Assembly: GCF_002803295.2 (NCBI RefSeq)
Contig: NZ_PGGB02000011.1
Location: 77 to 32,076, forward strand
Direction: 5' to 3'
Length of the DNA stretch: 32,000 bases
From: Caedibacter taeniospiralis
Lineage (GTDB): Bacteria; Pseudomonadota; Gammaproteobacteria; Francisellales; Francisellaceae
Numbering within the stretch: the first letter of the stretch is position 1; each line of letters begins with the position of its first letter. This document shows, piece by piece, positions 20,151 through 29,122 of this stretch. Made by a program: the position numbers and the translations under genes. The notes under the pieces were generated by a model. It was not told the DNA's origin. It made no database searches and saw nothing but the letters and a program-made list of their open reading frames with translations.

Positions 20151-21165
20151 TTGAGGGGGTGAGTTTATTTTTATTGGCGTTTGGTAATAGCGTTTCCATA
20201 ATTGCTTTATGTAATGCTTCTTTGACGACTGGATTTTCCTTGAGATAAGCGCGCACATTGTCTTTTCCCTGCCCGATACGATCGCCATTGTAGCTATACC
20301 AGGCACCCGACTTGTCAACAAGATTATATTTGACACCCAAATCAATAAGCTCCCCCTCCAGAGAGATTCCCTCGCCATATAAAATATCAAAATCTGCCTG
20401 TTTAAATGGTGGAGATACCTTATTTTTGACCACTTTGACTTTTGTCTCATTTCCAAGTATTTCTTCACCTTTTTTAATTGGACTGCCACGGCGAATTTCA
20501 AGACGAACTGAAGCGTAGAATTTTAACGCATTACCGCCAGTAGTCGTTTCTGGATTACCAAACATGACCCCAATTTTCATTCTGATTTGGTTAATAAATA
20601 CCACCAGCGTATTCGAACGCTTGATATTGGCGGTTAATTTACGCAATGCCTGTGACATGAGTCTCGCCTGCAATCCCATATGGGAATCCCCCATCTCCCC
20701 TTCAATTTCAGCTTTTGGCGTTAATGCTGCCACTGAGTCGACCACAACAATGTCTACGCCGCCTGAGCGCACCAGCATATCAACAATTTCCAAGGCTTGC
20801 TCACCCGTATCTGGCTGAGAGACAACCAGGCTCTTAAGGTCAACGCCAAGAGCCTCAGCATACACGGGATCAAGTACATGCTCTGCATCAATAAAAGCTG
20901 CTGTACCCCCATTTTTCTGGCATTGAGCAATAGCTTGCAAAGTTAGCGTTGTTTTCCCTGAGGATTCAGAACCATAAATCTCAACCACACGTCCTTTAGG
21001 CAAACCACCAACTCCTAAGGCTATATCCAAACCAATAGAACCTGTTGAGATCACTTCGATATCTTTTGCAAGATCGTTATCGCCCATACGCATAATAGAG
21101 CCTTTACCAAATTGCTTCTCAATTTGCGCTAAAGCTGAATTTAACGCTTGTTCTTTATTACTCAT
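20137..21165 (-). CDS. recA: Recombinase A
   Basis: [38 protein letters not shown] (Walker A), [48 protein letters not shown]. Confidence 0.99.
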   Translation of the reverse strand: MSNKEQALNSALAQIEKQFGKGSIMRMGDNDLAKDIEVISTGSIGLDIALGVGGLPKGRVVEIYGSESSGKTTLTLQAIAQCQKNGGTAAFIDAEHVLDPVYAEALGVDLKSLVVSQPDTGEQALEIVDMLVRSGGVDIVVVDSVAALTPKAEIEGEMGDSHMGLQARLMSQALRKLTANIKRSNTLVVFINQIRMKIGVMFGNPETTTGGNALKFYASVRLEIRRGSPIKKGEEILGNETKVKVVKNKVSPPFKQADFDILYGEGISLEGELIDLGVKYNLVDKSGAWYSYNGDRIGQGKDNVRAYLKENPVVKEALHKAIMETLLPNANKNKLTPSNAEE

Positions 21166-21252
21166 AGATCATCCTCAAAACAGGTAAATTTAAGATTTAA
21201 AACACGGGAATTAATGTAGCATTTATACGTAACGAACAAAAGGCAAATCTCA

Positions 21253-21270
21253 CCCCACTTTAAAGTGGGG
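21253..21270. repeat. 18-bp perfect palindrome in the recA/smpB intergenic region
   Basis: CCCCACTTTAAAGTGGGG, self-complementary over its full length. Confidence 0.9.
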
Positions 21271-21271
21271 T

Positions 21272-21320
21272 TGTCGGATGCGTGTGACACCGCTTACCCA
21301 CACCGACATTTTGGGCAAAT
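21272..21320 (+). repeat. Dispersed intergenic repeat, copy A
   Basis: TGTCGGATGCGTGTGACACCGCTTACCCACACCGACATTTTGGGCAAAT. Ends TGTCGG...CCGACA are inverted; the core 21285-21320 matches copy B. Confidence 0.65.
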
Positions 21321-21418
21321 GCTTAGGTAAATATTTTGTCCAAACCTATTTCTCTTATGTCTTCAGTTCGTGTTAGAATCTCGACCATTGCAACACTTAT
21401 GGTCCATTTTGCAAAGCA

Positions 21419-21901
21419 ATGGCAAAGACAAAACCCAAATCAACCGCAACGAGTAATACGATTGCTAAGAACAAAAAAGCATTTCATGAATATACCATTG
21501 AGGATCGCTTTGAAGCTGGTATTGTGCTCCAGGGTTGGGAAGTAAAAAGTATTCGCTCAGGACGCGTGCAGCTTGTCGATAGTCATATTCATGTCAAAAA
21601 TAGCGAAGCCTGGCTTTTTAACGCCCTGATCACTCCTTTACATTCGGCATCAACGCATGTTGTACCCGAGCCCGCTGGGACGCGTAAATTGCTTTTACAT
21701 CGCCGAGAAATCAATAAACTATTAGGAAAAATCGATCAAAAAGGCTATACCGTAGTACCGTTGGCAATGTACTGGAAAGGTTCTCGAGTTAAGCTTGAAA
21801 TCGCGATCGCCAAAGGTAAACAATTACATGACAAACGCCAGGCATCTAAAGAGCATGACTGGAAACGTGAGAAAGAACGTCTGTTCAAAAAGAGTATTTA
21901 G
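21419..21901 (+). CDS. smpB: SsrA-binding protein
   Basis: [39 protein letters not shown]...; C-terminal [11 protein letters not shown]. Confidence 0.97.
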   Translation: MAKTKPKSTATSNTIAKNKKAFHEYTIEDRFEAGIVLQGWEVKSIRSGRVQLVDSHIHVKNSEAWLFNALITPLHSASTHVVPEPAGTRKLLLHRREINKLLGKIDQKGYTVVPLAMYWKGSRVKLEIAIAKGKQLHDKRQASKEHDWKREKERLFKKSI

Positions 21902-21904
21902 GCA

Positions 21905-22678
21905 ATGAGCGCAACCGAAAAAAAGCTTCATTTCTATATTACTAAGGCAATCGCAGATTATAAAATGCTGCAAAAAGGAGACAAAGTCATGATCTGCCTT
22001 TCTGGCGGCAAGGACTCTTTTAGCCTTGTTAAGATTATGCACACACTGGTGCAAAACGACACCTATGATGTGAAGCTTATGGTCTATACGCTTGACCAAA
22101 GCCAGCCTGGCTGGGATGATCGCGATATGCGCGCTTACCTTGAAAAGCATGATATCAACTATGTGATTGAAAAGCGTGATACCTATTCAGTCGTCATTGA
22201 TAAGATTCCTGAAAATAAAACTTATTGTTCACTGTGTTCACGCCTGCGTCGTGGCAATATCTATCGCTTTGCACGTGAAAATAAAATGAACAAAATCATG
22301 TTGGGACATCATCGCGATGATGTCATCGAATCTGTACTCATGTCGATGTTTTATCAAGGCAAAATAAAATCCATGCCCGCGAAGCTATTAACTGAGGATA
22401 AAGAGAATGTCGTTGTTCGCCCGATGATCTATTGCCAGGAGCGTGATATTGCACGCTTTGCCAAAGAGCAGAACTTCCCCATTATTCCCTGTAATCTTTG
22501 TGGCAGTCAGGAAAATTTAAAACGCCAGCAGGTAAAAAACCTGATCCATGAACTTGCCAGGCAAAATCCTGTGATCCCACAAAATATCTTTGCCTCCCTC
22601 AGTAACGTGGTACCAAGCCATTTGTATGACAGCAGTTTATTTGATATCCGTGAATGCGATCAGGAACGATTAGGCTGA
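21905..22678 (+). CDS. ttcA: tRNA 2-thiocytidine(32) synthetase TtcA
   Basis: PP-loop MICLSGGKDSFSLVKIM, CSLCSRLRRGNIYRFARE, PCNLCGSQENLKRQQVK. Confidence 0.95.
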   Translation: MSATEKKLHFYITKAIADYKMLQKGDKVMICLSGGKDSFSLVKIMHTLVQNDTYDVKLMVYTLDQSQPGWDDRDMRAYLEKHDINYVIEKRDTYSVVIDKIPENKTYCSLCSRLRRGNIYRFARENKMNKIMLGHHRDDVIESVLMSMFYQGKIKSMPAKLLTEDKENVVVRPMIYCQERDIARFAKEQNFPIIPCNLCGSQENLKRQQVKNLIHELARQNPVIPQNIFASLSNVVPSHLYDSSLFDIRECDQERLG

Positions 22679-22704
22679 TCTTAATCAAATAGTCCTGGTA
22701 GAGT

Positions 22705-22728
22705 AAGCCGTCAGGGTTGTCGGCTTTT
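22705..22728 (+). terminator. Possible intrinsic terminator downstream of ttcA
   Basis: AAGCCG-tcagggttgt-CGGCTT followed by a short T run (TTTT). Confidence 0.4.
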
Positions 22729-22803
22729 GCAAACAAGATTTACTTGAGAGATTAAATAAGCTAAGGTAACCCGTCATAATTAACACGTTAAACAGATATT
22801 AAA

Positions 22804-23637
22804 ATGATCCACTGGTTTCCAGCGCATATGCACAAGGCCACCAAAGAGCTCATTAAAATCATGCCTCAAATTGATATTGCCATTGAGGTAGTTGATGCTC
22901 GAGCACCCGAAGCAAGTGCCAATCCCGTCTTACATGAAGCTGCTAAAGGTAAGCCAATCATTAAGATTCTCTCCAAAGCTGATCTTGCAGACCCCATTGT
23001 TACTAAAGCGTGGCTTAAATTTTACCAGGGCAAAGCCCTGGCACTTGATATTGCGCATGATAAAAAAAGTGCGCAAAAAATTATTAACCTGTGCAAAAAG
23101 CAACTGCCCAATCGTGGCACGATTTTAAAACCAATACGCGTTGTGATTTTTGGCATTCCCAATGTCGGAAAATCAACACTTATCAATAGCCTCGCCAAAC
23201 GAAAAGTAGCTCAAACTGGCAATGAGCCCGCGGTGACCAAAAGGCAGCAAAAGATAGAGATTGAAAAGCACTTTTATCTTAATGATACCCCTGGGATCAT
23301 GTTTCCAAGTCCAAAAGATGAAGGATGTAGCTATAAGCTTGCCGCTATTGGCTCCATTCGCGACACCGCAATGGACTATCCATCAACGGCTTACTTCATC
23401 TTAGATTTTCTCAAAGAAGAGTATCCTCAGTTACTCATGTCGCGCTTTAATCCCACAAGCCTCACTATGGATACTGAAGAGATGCTTCTCAATATCGGCA
23501 AAGCACTAGGGCAACAACATACACATCACATTGCCGAGAAAATTATTCAAGATTTTCGCCAGGGAAGAATTGGAGCTATGTCGCTGGAAACCCCTGATAA
23601 CTACCTGAAGTATTACGTCCCTTCTGAAAATGTATAA
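22804..23637 (+). CDS. Circularly permuted ribosome biogenesis GTPase (YlqF/RbgA family)
   Basis: MIHWFPAHMHKATKELIKIMPQIDIAIEVVDARAPEASANP; G1 motif GIPNVGKSTLINSLAKRK; G3 DTPGIM. Confidence 0.9.
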   Translation: MIHWFPAHMHKATKELIKIMPQIDIAIEVVDARAPEASANPVLHEAAKGKPIIKILSKADLADPIVTKAWLKFYQGKALALDIAHDKKSAQKIINLCKKQLPNRGTILKPIRVVIFGIPNVGKSTLINSLAKRKVAQTGNEPAVTKRQQKIEIEKHFYLNDTPGIMFPSPKDEGCSYKLAAIGSIRDTAMDYPSTAYFILDFLKEEYPQLLMSRFNPTSLTMDTEEMLLNIGKALGQQHTHHIAEKIIQDFRQGRIGAMSLETPDNYLKYYVPSENV

Positions 23638-23755
23638 GCGCGTAACTCCAGTTACCTACACCCCCTATGTGTTGCCGACTTCGTTACATTTATTTGGTCG
23701 CTGCTTGTTCAGAATATGTTAGGACATTCAGTGATGAATGTTTTCATTTATTTCT

Positions 23756-23787
23756 CGACTATTCCGTGCAATAATGCGCAATAGTCG
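23756..23787. repeat. Inverted repeat (hairpin) just upstream of the AAA ATPase gene
   Basis: CGACTATT (23756-23763) ... AATAGTCG (23780-23787), with additional G-U-containing pairing of GTGCA/TGCGC inside. Confidence 0.65.
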
Positions 23788-23808
23788 CGACCAGTCCGTT
23801 TTAAGCCA

Positions 23809-25014
23809 ATGATTAGACGATTTTATGAAAATATTATTCAAAATCATATGAATAAATATGAGCAAATGATTTTTATTTCTGGCGCCCGTCAAGTGGGCAA
23901 AACGACGCTGGCAAAACAGTTTCAAACCAGCGACAAAAGTTATTTAAACTGGGACAATGTTGTACACAGAGAAATTATACTAAGCCGATTGTTCGATTAT
24001 ATTGATAACGATCTGCTTGCAGTATTATCTGAGACTAAACCCTGTTTGATCCTTGATGAAATTCATAAATATGAAAACTGGAAAAATTTTATTAAAGGTA
24101 TTTATGATCAATATAAAGGGAGAATACATTTGATCATTACAGGATCTGCTAAATTAGATATCTATAGTAAGGGCGGGGATAGTCTGATGGGGAGATATTT
24201 TAATTATCAGATTATGCCCTTGTCTGTGCATGAGTTGTTAGAAGTCCCATATGCAAAAAAGTTTGTTAATCAACCTTCCGCTTTAGCTCATGAAAAGTGG
24301 GGACGTTTATTTAGATTTGGTGGATATCCTGAGGCCTATAGTAAGAATGATATTGAGTTTTTTGAATTGTGGTCAGCTATGCGCTGGAATCAGTTATTCA
24401 AAGAGGAAATTCGTGATTATGCTAACGTGCACGATATTGCACAACTTGAACTTATGGGGAAGCTAATCATTGGACAAGTCGGGAGTTTAATTAATTACGC
24501 TCAAGTGGCTAAAAAAATTCAAAAGTCTGAAAGCACGGTAAGGTCATGGTTCCAATTATTAGAAAGCACCTATTATCTATTTAGCATCTCTCCATGGTCA
24601 AATAACGTGAATCGCTCCATTTTAAAAGCGCCTAAGGCATATTTACATGACTGGTCACTTGTTAATGATGTTGGCGCCAGGATTGAGAATTATTGTGCTG
24701 TGCATTTGTTAAAAGCGATATATTATTGGAAAAATACAGGGCAAGGTCATTTTTCTCTACACTATTTGCGTGATAAGGATCAACGCGAAGTCGATTTTCT
24801 CATTGCTAAAGAAGATCAGCCCTGGATGCTTATTGAGGTTAAAAAAAGCCTGAATATTTCGACCAGTAAAAATCTGTTGTATTTCCAAAGGCAACTCAAT
24901 CCCACATATACTTTTCAGCTTGTGTTTGATGCTGAGTTTATAAAGCTTGATCTATTTAATATTCATGACAGCAAAATTGTACCTATGCATACTTTCTTGT
25001 CACAGCTATTTTAA
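23809..25014 (+). CDS. AAA ATPase with DUF4143-type C-terminal domain
   Basis: 401 aa: FISGARQVGKTTLAKQF (Walker A), CLILDEIHKYENWKNFIKGIYD (Walker B), ITGSAKLDIYSKGGDSLMGRYFNY, C-terminal nuclease-like REVDFLIAKEDQPWMLIEVKKS. Confidence 0.9.
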   Translation: MIRRFYENIIQNHMNKYEQMIFISGARQVGKTTLAKQFQTSDKSYLNWDNVVHREIILSRLFDYIDNDLLAVLSETKPCLILDEIHKYENWKNFIKGIYDQYKGRIHLIITGSAKLDIYSKGGDSLMGRYFNYQIMPLSVHELLEVPYAKKFVNQPSALAHEKWGRLFRFGGYPEAYSKNDIEFFELWSAMRWNQLFKEEIRDYANVHDIAQLELMGKLIIGQVGSLINYAQVAKKIQKSESTVRSWFQLLESTYYLFSISPWSNNVNRSILKAPKAYLHDWSLVNDVGARIENYCAVHLLKAIYYWKNTGQGHFSLHYLRDKDQREVDFLIAKEDQPWMLIEVKKSLNISTSKNLLYFQRQLNPTYTFQLVFDAEFIKLDLFNIHDSKIVPMHTFLSQLF

Positions 25015-25063
25015 CGTGAGTTACTGTTACGTACGTTTGCTGATTTTTGAGGCTGTGCAAATA

Positions 25064-25100
25064 ATTCGCCCAAGCGTGTCGGTGTGAGTAATCAGTGTCA
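25064..25100 (-). repeat. Dispersed intergenic repeat, copy B (inverted relative to copy A)
   Basis: Minus strand TGACACTGATTACTCACACCGACACGCTTGGGCGAAT. It matches copy A TGACACCGCTTACCCACACCGACATTTTGGGCAAAT with 3 mismatches in the first 24 nt. Confidence 0.65.
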
Positions 25101-25181
25101 CCCTGCGTGAAGTCGTTAGGGTTATTTGAAAGCTGGATTCCCGCCTATTTTGTTTCGGCGAAAATATGGTTATGACCCTTT

Positions 25182-26174
25182 TTAGTAAACCTTTATACAC
25201 GCCACTTTTCTTTCTTGCGACAGCTGGTGAAGTGGTGGTTTTTCCCTGGCACACATCTCATCTGCCAATGGACAACGTGTGCGAAACACGCACCCTGATG
25301 GCGGATTGATCGGTGACGGGAGATCACCCTCTAAAATTTGAATTTGTTTATTACGCTCCAACTCAGGGTCAGGCAATGGCACTGCGGACAATAATGCTTT
25401 AGTGTAAGGATGCGCTGGTCTGTCACATAAAGCTCTTGATTCTCCCACCTCCATCAAATTTCCCAAATACATCACCATAATGTGATCAGAGATGTGTTTT
25501 ATCACACTTAAATTATGCGCAATAAATAGAATGGTTAATCCCAGGCTTTGCTGCAACTCTTTGAGTAAATTCACCACCTGTGCCTGAATGGACACATCCA
25601 AAGCGCTCACGGGTTCATCACACACCAAAATAGAGGGTTTTAAAATAAGCGCGCGAGCAATCCCAACCCGCTGATATTGTCCGCCTGAAAACTGATGCGG
25701 ATAACGGTTGATGTGCATGGGCGACAAGCCCACCCTACGCATCATCTCTTCAACACGCGATCTGCGTTCTTCTTTCGAGAGATGAGGTTCATGCACTCTT
25801 AAAGGTTCAGCAATAATATTGCCGATGGTAATTCTGGGATTTAGCGAGGCAAAGGGATCCTGGAAAATCATCTGAATTTCTTTTCTAACTGGCTGCCATG
25901 ACTTCTTGTGCTTAAGTGCGGTTAAATCCCTACCCGCCCAGACGACTTTTCCTTCTGTTGCATGAACTAACCCAACCACGGCGCGAATCAAGGTGGATTT
26001 ACCACAACCTGACTCACCAACAATGCCCAGGGTTTCACCTTTTTTTACCGCAAAAGAAACCCCATCAACCGCTTTGACAAAGCGCGTTTGTTGCCAGATC
26101 CAGGATTTTTTGAGTGGAAAGTGAACTTTTAAGTTTTCAATAGTCAATATGCTCTCTTGTATACTCATTGACAT
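25182..26174 (-). CDS. oppF: Oligopeptide ABC transporter ATP-binding protein OppF
   Basis: [59 protein letters not shown]; C-terminal Cys-rich [15 protein letters not shown] at 26174 (MSMSIQES) is preferred over the TTG at 26204. Confidence 0.94.
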   Translation of the reverse strand: MSMSIQESILTIENLKVHFPLKKSWIWQQTRFVKAVDGVSFAVKKGETLGIVGESGCGKSTLIRAVVGLVHATEGKVVWAGRDLTALKHKKSWQPVRKEIQMIFQDPFASLNPRITIGNIIAEPLRVHEPHLSKEERRSRVEEMMRRVGLSPMHINRYPHQFSGGQYQRVGIARALILKPSILVCDEPVSALDVSIQAQVVNLLKELQQSLGLTILFIAHNLSVIKHISDHIMVMYLGNLMEVGESRALCDRPAHPYTKALLSAVPLPDPELERNKQIQILEGDLPSPINPPSGCVFRTRCPLADEMCAREKPPLHQLSQERKVACIKVY

Positions 26175-27148
26175 CCCTCCTGGCGTTGTTTGGCATAAAA
26201 GCAAGCAACGAGATGGACTCTATCTTCTTCATAGTTCTCTAAACTGGGTCTGTGTGTAAGACAGTTTGGTAACGCAAAATCGCACCTTGGTTGAAAAGCA
26301 CAGCCCACAGGTAAGTTGGATAGATCAGGTGGCTCCCCAGGAATGGCTTGTAAACGCGCACTTGGGATATCCACGCGTGGCGTTGCTGCCATCAATCCTT
26401 TAGTGTAAGGATGATGATTATGTTTAAATAATTCATGAACTTCTGCCGACTCTACAGGACGCCCACCATACATCACCATCACGCGATCACAGGCTCCCGC
26501 AACGACACCAATATCATGTGTAATTAAAATCGTTGCCATTTTAAATTCATTTTGCAGATCTTTTAATAGCTTTAATATTTGCGCCTGAACAGTAACATCA
26601 AGTGCGGTGGTTGGTTCATCAGCAATCAATAATTTAGGACGGCACATCAAAGCCATTGCAATCATTACGCGTTGGCGCATGCCTCCTGAAAACTCATGAG
26701 GATAGAGTTTTACCCTGTTTTTTGCATCGGGGATATTCACGGCATCAAGCATCTCAAGTGCTTTTTTAGCAGCTTCTTTTTTTGAGCAATTGCGATGAAT
26801 CATCAGGGTTTCAGAAAGCTGCTTTTCTACGGTAATATAAGGATTCAATGAAGTCATAGGATCCTGAAAAATCATTGAAATCTTATCTCCACGAACTTTA
26901 TTAAGCTGTTTCGTTGGCATCCCAACTAATTCCTGACCATTAAATATAACCGAACCTGAAATAATGGCATTGGATGCTGATAAGCCCATTAGCGCCAAAA
27001 CAGTTTGACTTTTACCCGACCCAGACTCCCCCACGATACCTAAGGTCTCCCCCTGGTCTAAGCTGAAGTTGATCTTATTGACTGCACTAACCAGCCCATC
27101 ATTGGTTTTAAATTTTACGTCCAAATCTTTTGCAATTAATAATGACAT
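26165..27148 (-). CDS. oppD: Oligopeptide ABC transporter ATP-binding protein OppD
   Basis: [58 protein letters not shown]. Confidence 0.94.
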   Translation of the reverse strand: MSLLIAKDLDVKFKTNDGLVSAVNKINFSLDQGETLGIVGESGSGKSQTVLALMGLSASNAIISGSVIFNGQELVGMPTKQLNKVRGDKISMIFQDPMTSLNPYITVEKQLSETLMIHRNCSKKEAAKKALEMLDAVNIPDAKNRVKLYPHEFSGGMRQRVMIAMALMCRPKLLIADEPTTALDVTVQAQILKLLKDLQNEFKMATILITHDIGVVAGACDRVMVMYGGRPVESAEVHELFKHNHHPYTKGLMAATPRVDIPSARLQAIPGEPPDLSNLPVGCAFQPRCDFALPNCLTHRPSLENYEEDRVHLVACFYAKQRQEGCQ

Positions 27149-27157
27149 GTTTCCCCC

Positions 27158-28093
27158 TTAACGATGCTCACGTGGATCAAGTGCGTCTCTTAAGCCATTG
27201 CCAACAAAGTTAAAACATAACAATGTCAAGGTTAAGAAAATCGATGGGATAACTAAAATCCACCAATAATTAAAAGCAATCACCTGCACACCATCACTGA
27301 TTAAACCGCCCCAATCGGTCATTGGTGGTTGCACGCCAAGACCTAAGAAGCTTAAGAATGCCGCAGTCATAATTACCACAGGAACAGTTAAGGTAATATA
27401 AACGGCAATAATACCAATAAGGTTTCTAACAATATGACGCGTGATAATAGTGCGCTCTTTCACCCCGCACACATAAGCAGCTTCAATAAATTCCTTATTT
27501 TTTAACCCTAAGGTTTGTCCTCTGACCACGCGCGCCATATCAAGCCAGCTGACAGCTCCAATGGCAATAAAAACCAGAACAAAATTTCGACCGAATAAAG
27601 TGACCAGTAAAATGGCAAAAAACATAAAAGGCAAACCATAAAGCACATCAACGATACGCATTAAAACATTGTCTATTTTACCCCCAAAAAAGCCTGCAGT
27701 AGCTCCCACCAATGTACCAATAATCACACTGACCAGCGTTGCTACCAAACCAATTTCTAATGTCACTCGCCCACCGACCATGATACGAGTAAACACATCA
27801 CGTCCCAAGCCATCGGTGCCAAACCAATGTGTTGAACTTGGAACAAGATAGACTTCGGAAAGATTCTGGTACTCGTAACTATATGGTGAAAACCACGGCA
27901 ATATAACGACTGCAAGCACAATCAATCCAAGAATCACGATACTAATCATCGCAATCTTATTACTTCTAAAACGTAGCATCGCGTCATAGTATAAACTTCT
28001 GCCCCTAAATACTTGTTCATGTGAGGTATTTGCCACCTTTTCCAGAAAATTTGCATTCTTCTTTTTCTGCTCAACAGTAAAACTCTTTGTCAT
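27158..28093 (-). CDS. oppC: Oligopeptide ABC transporter permease OppC
   Basis: Permease EAA-like loop EAAYVCGVKERTIITRHIVRNLIG; SPYSYEYQN...FGTDGLGRDVFTRIMVGGRVTLEIG. Confidence 0.94.
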   Translation of the reverse strand: MTKSFTVEQKKKNANFLEKVANTSHEQVFRGRSLYYDAMLRFRSNKIAMISIVILGLIVLAVVILPWFSPYSYEYQNLSEVYLVPSSTHWFGTDGLGRDVFTRIMVGGRVTLEIGLVATLVSVIIGTLVGATAGFFGGKIDNVLMRIVDVLYGLPFMFFAILLVTLFGRNFVLVFIAIGAVSWLDMARVVRGQTLGLKNKEFIEAAYVCGVKERTIITRHIVRNLIGIIAVYITLTVPVVIMTAAFLSFLGLGVQPPMTDWGGLISDGVQVIAFNYWWILVIPSIFLTLTLLCFNFVGNGLRDALDPREHR

Positions 28094-28102
28094 AACTTAA
28101 CC

Positions 28103-29048
28103 TCAGTAATGAATCTTAGGATCTAAAAAAGCGTACACAATATCAACAACAAGATTGAATAGAATGACAAGAAGACTGTAGATAATAGTCAGTGCCAAGA
28201 CGAGGTTATAGTCGCGATTTGTTGCTCCTTGAACAACTTGCACCCCAATCCCTGGTATTGTGTAGACTGTTTCCACAATAACCGACCCTGTTAGAATCCC
28301 TGCAATGGCAGGTCCCAAAAAGGAAACTACCGGCATCAATGCGGGCTTTAAGGCGTGCTTCCAGACAATGCGTGGCATAGACAAACCTTTGGCTTTGGCC
28401 GTACGGATAAATGGTGAGCTTAAAATTTCGATCAAGCTACTTCTGGTGATCTGAGTGATAATAGCAATGTAAGGAATCGCAAGTACCGTCGCTGGCAATA
28501 CCATATGGGTCAAGCTTCCCCAGCTCCCCGCGGGAAACATTCCAAGCCATACGGCAAAAATCAATACGGCAATCGGAGCTGTCACCACAATCGGAGTGGA
28601 GATAAATAGCATCGCAATAATGCTCATCACATGATCGATAGCATTAAGGCGCGTATTTCGGCTTAACGCTGATAAGACGCCAAAGAACACACCAAATAAT
28701 ACTGGCAATGGCGATGCTGCAAAGCCCAAGCTGCACAGACACCCAAAAACCACCCTGAGCGCCCAAAGGAAAGACCAACTGATTGATCGACATTCCCTGA
28801 TATTTATACGAGTAGCCTAAATTGCCGTGAATAAGGTCATTAAGATAGTACAAAAACTGCTGCCATAAGGGTAAATCCAAGCGGTACTGGTGATGCAGCT
28901 GCTTCAGAACTTCAGGCGATAAAGCGCGTTCCGTTGAGAACGGATCCCCAGGGGTCATGTGTACCATAATGAAGCTGATTAAGACAACGAAAAATATCGT
29001 TGGGATGGCGCCTGCTAGGCGCCGTAATACATAACTTAACATAGTCAT
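28103..29048 (-). pseudogene. oppB: Oligopeptide ABC transporter permease OppB, split by an apparent frameshift near 28703
   Basis: N-terminal part in ORF 28644..29048 (MLSYVLRRLAGAIPTIFFVVLISFIMVHMTPGDPF...QLGLCSIAIA). It continues in another frame as ORF 28103..28753 (VLFGVFFGVLSALSRNT...DIVYAFLDPKIHY). Removing one base (28703) restores a full OppB. Confidence 0.85.
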
Positions 29049-29122
29049 CCCTATTTTAAGTTGAACAAAAATTTTTACTCACTGAAGTTACCAAGTCGCG
29101 CGAATATGAGACTTAAGCCTCT

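Noticed and set aside
23678-23690. CGACTTC-containing motif left of the ATPase resembling part of the region beside repeat copy B, considered as paired flanking ends of an insertion
   Set aside because: Only about 7 nt match, with no extended alignment; not enough to claim terminal repeats of a mobile element.
25027-25254. Minus-strand 75 aa ORF across the ATPase-oppF gap
   Set aside because: It overlaps the oppF 3' end in another frame and its composition looks random; the gap is better explained as intergenic with repeat copy B.
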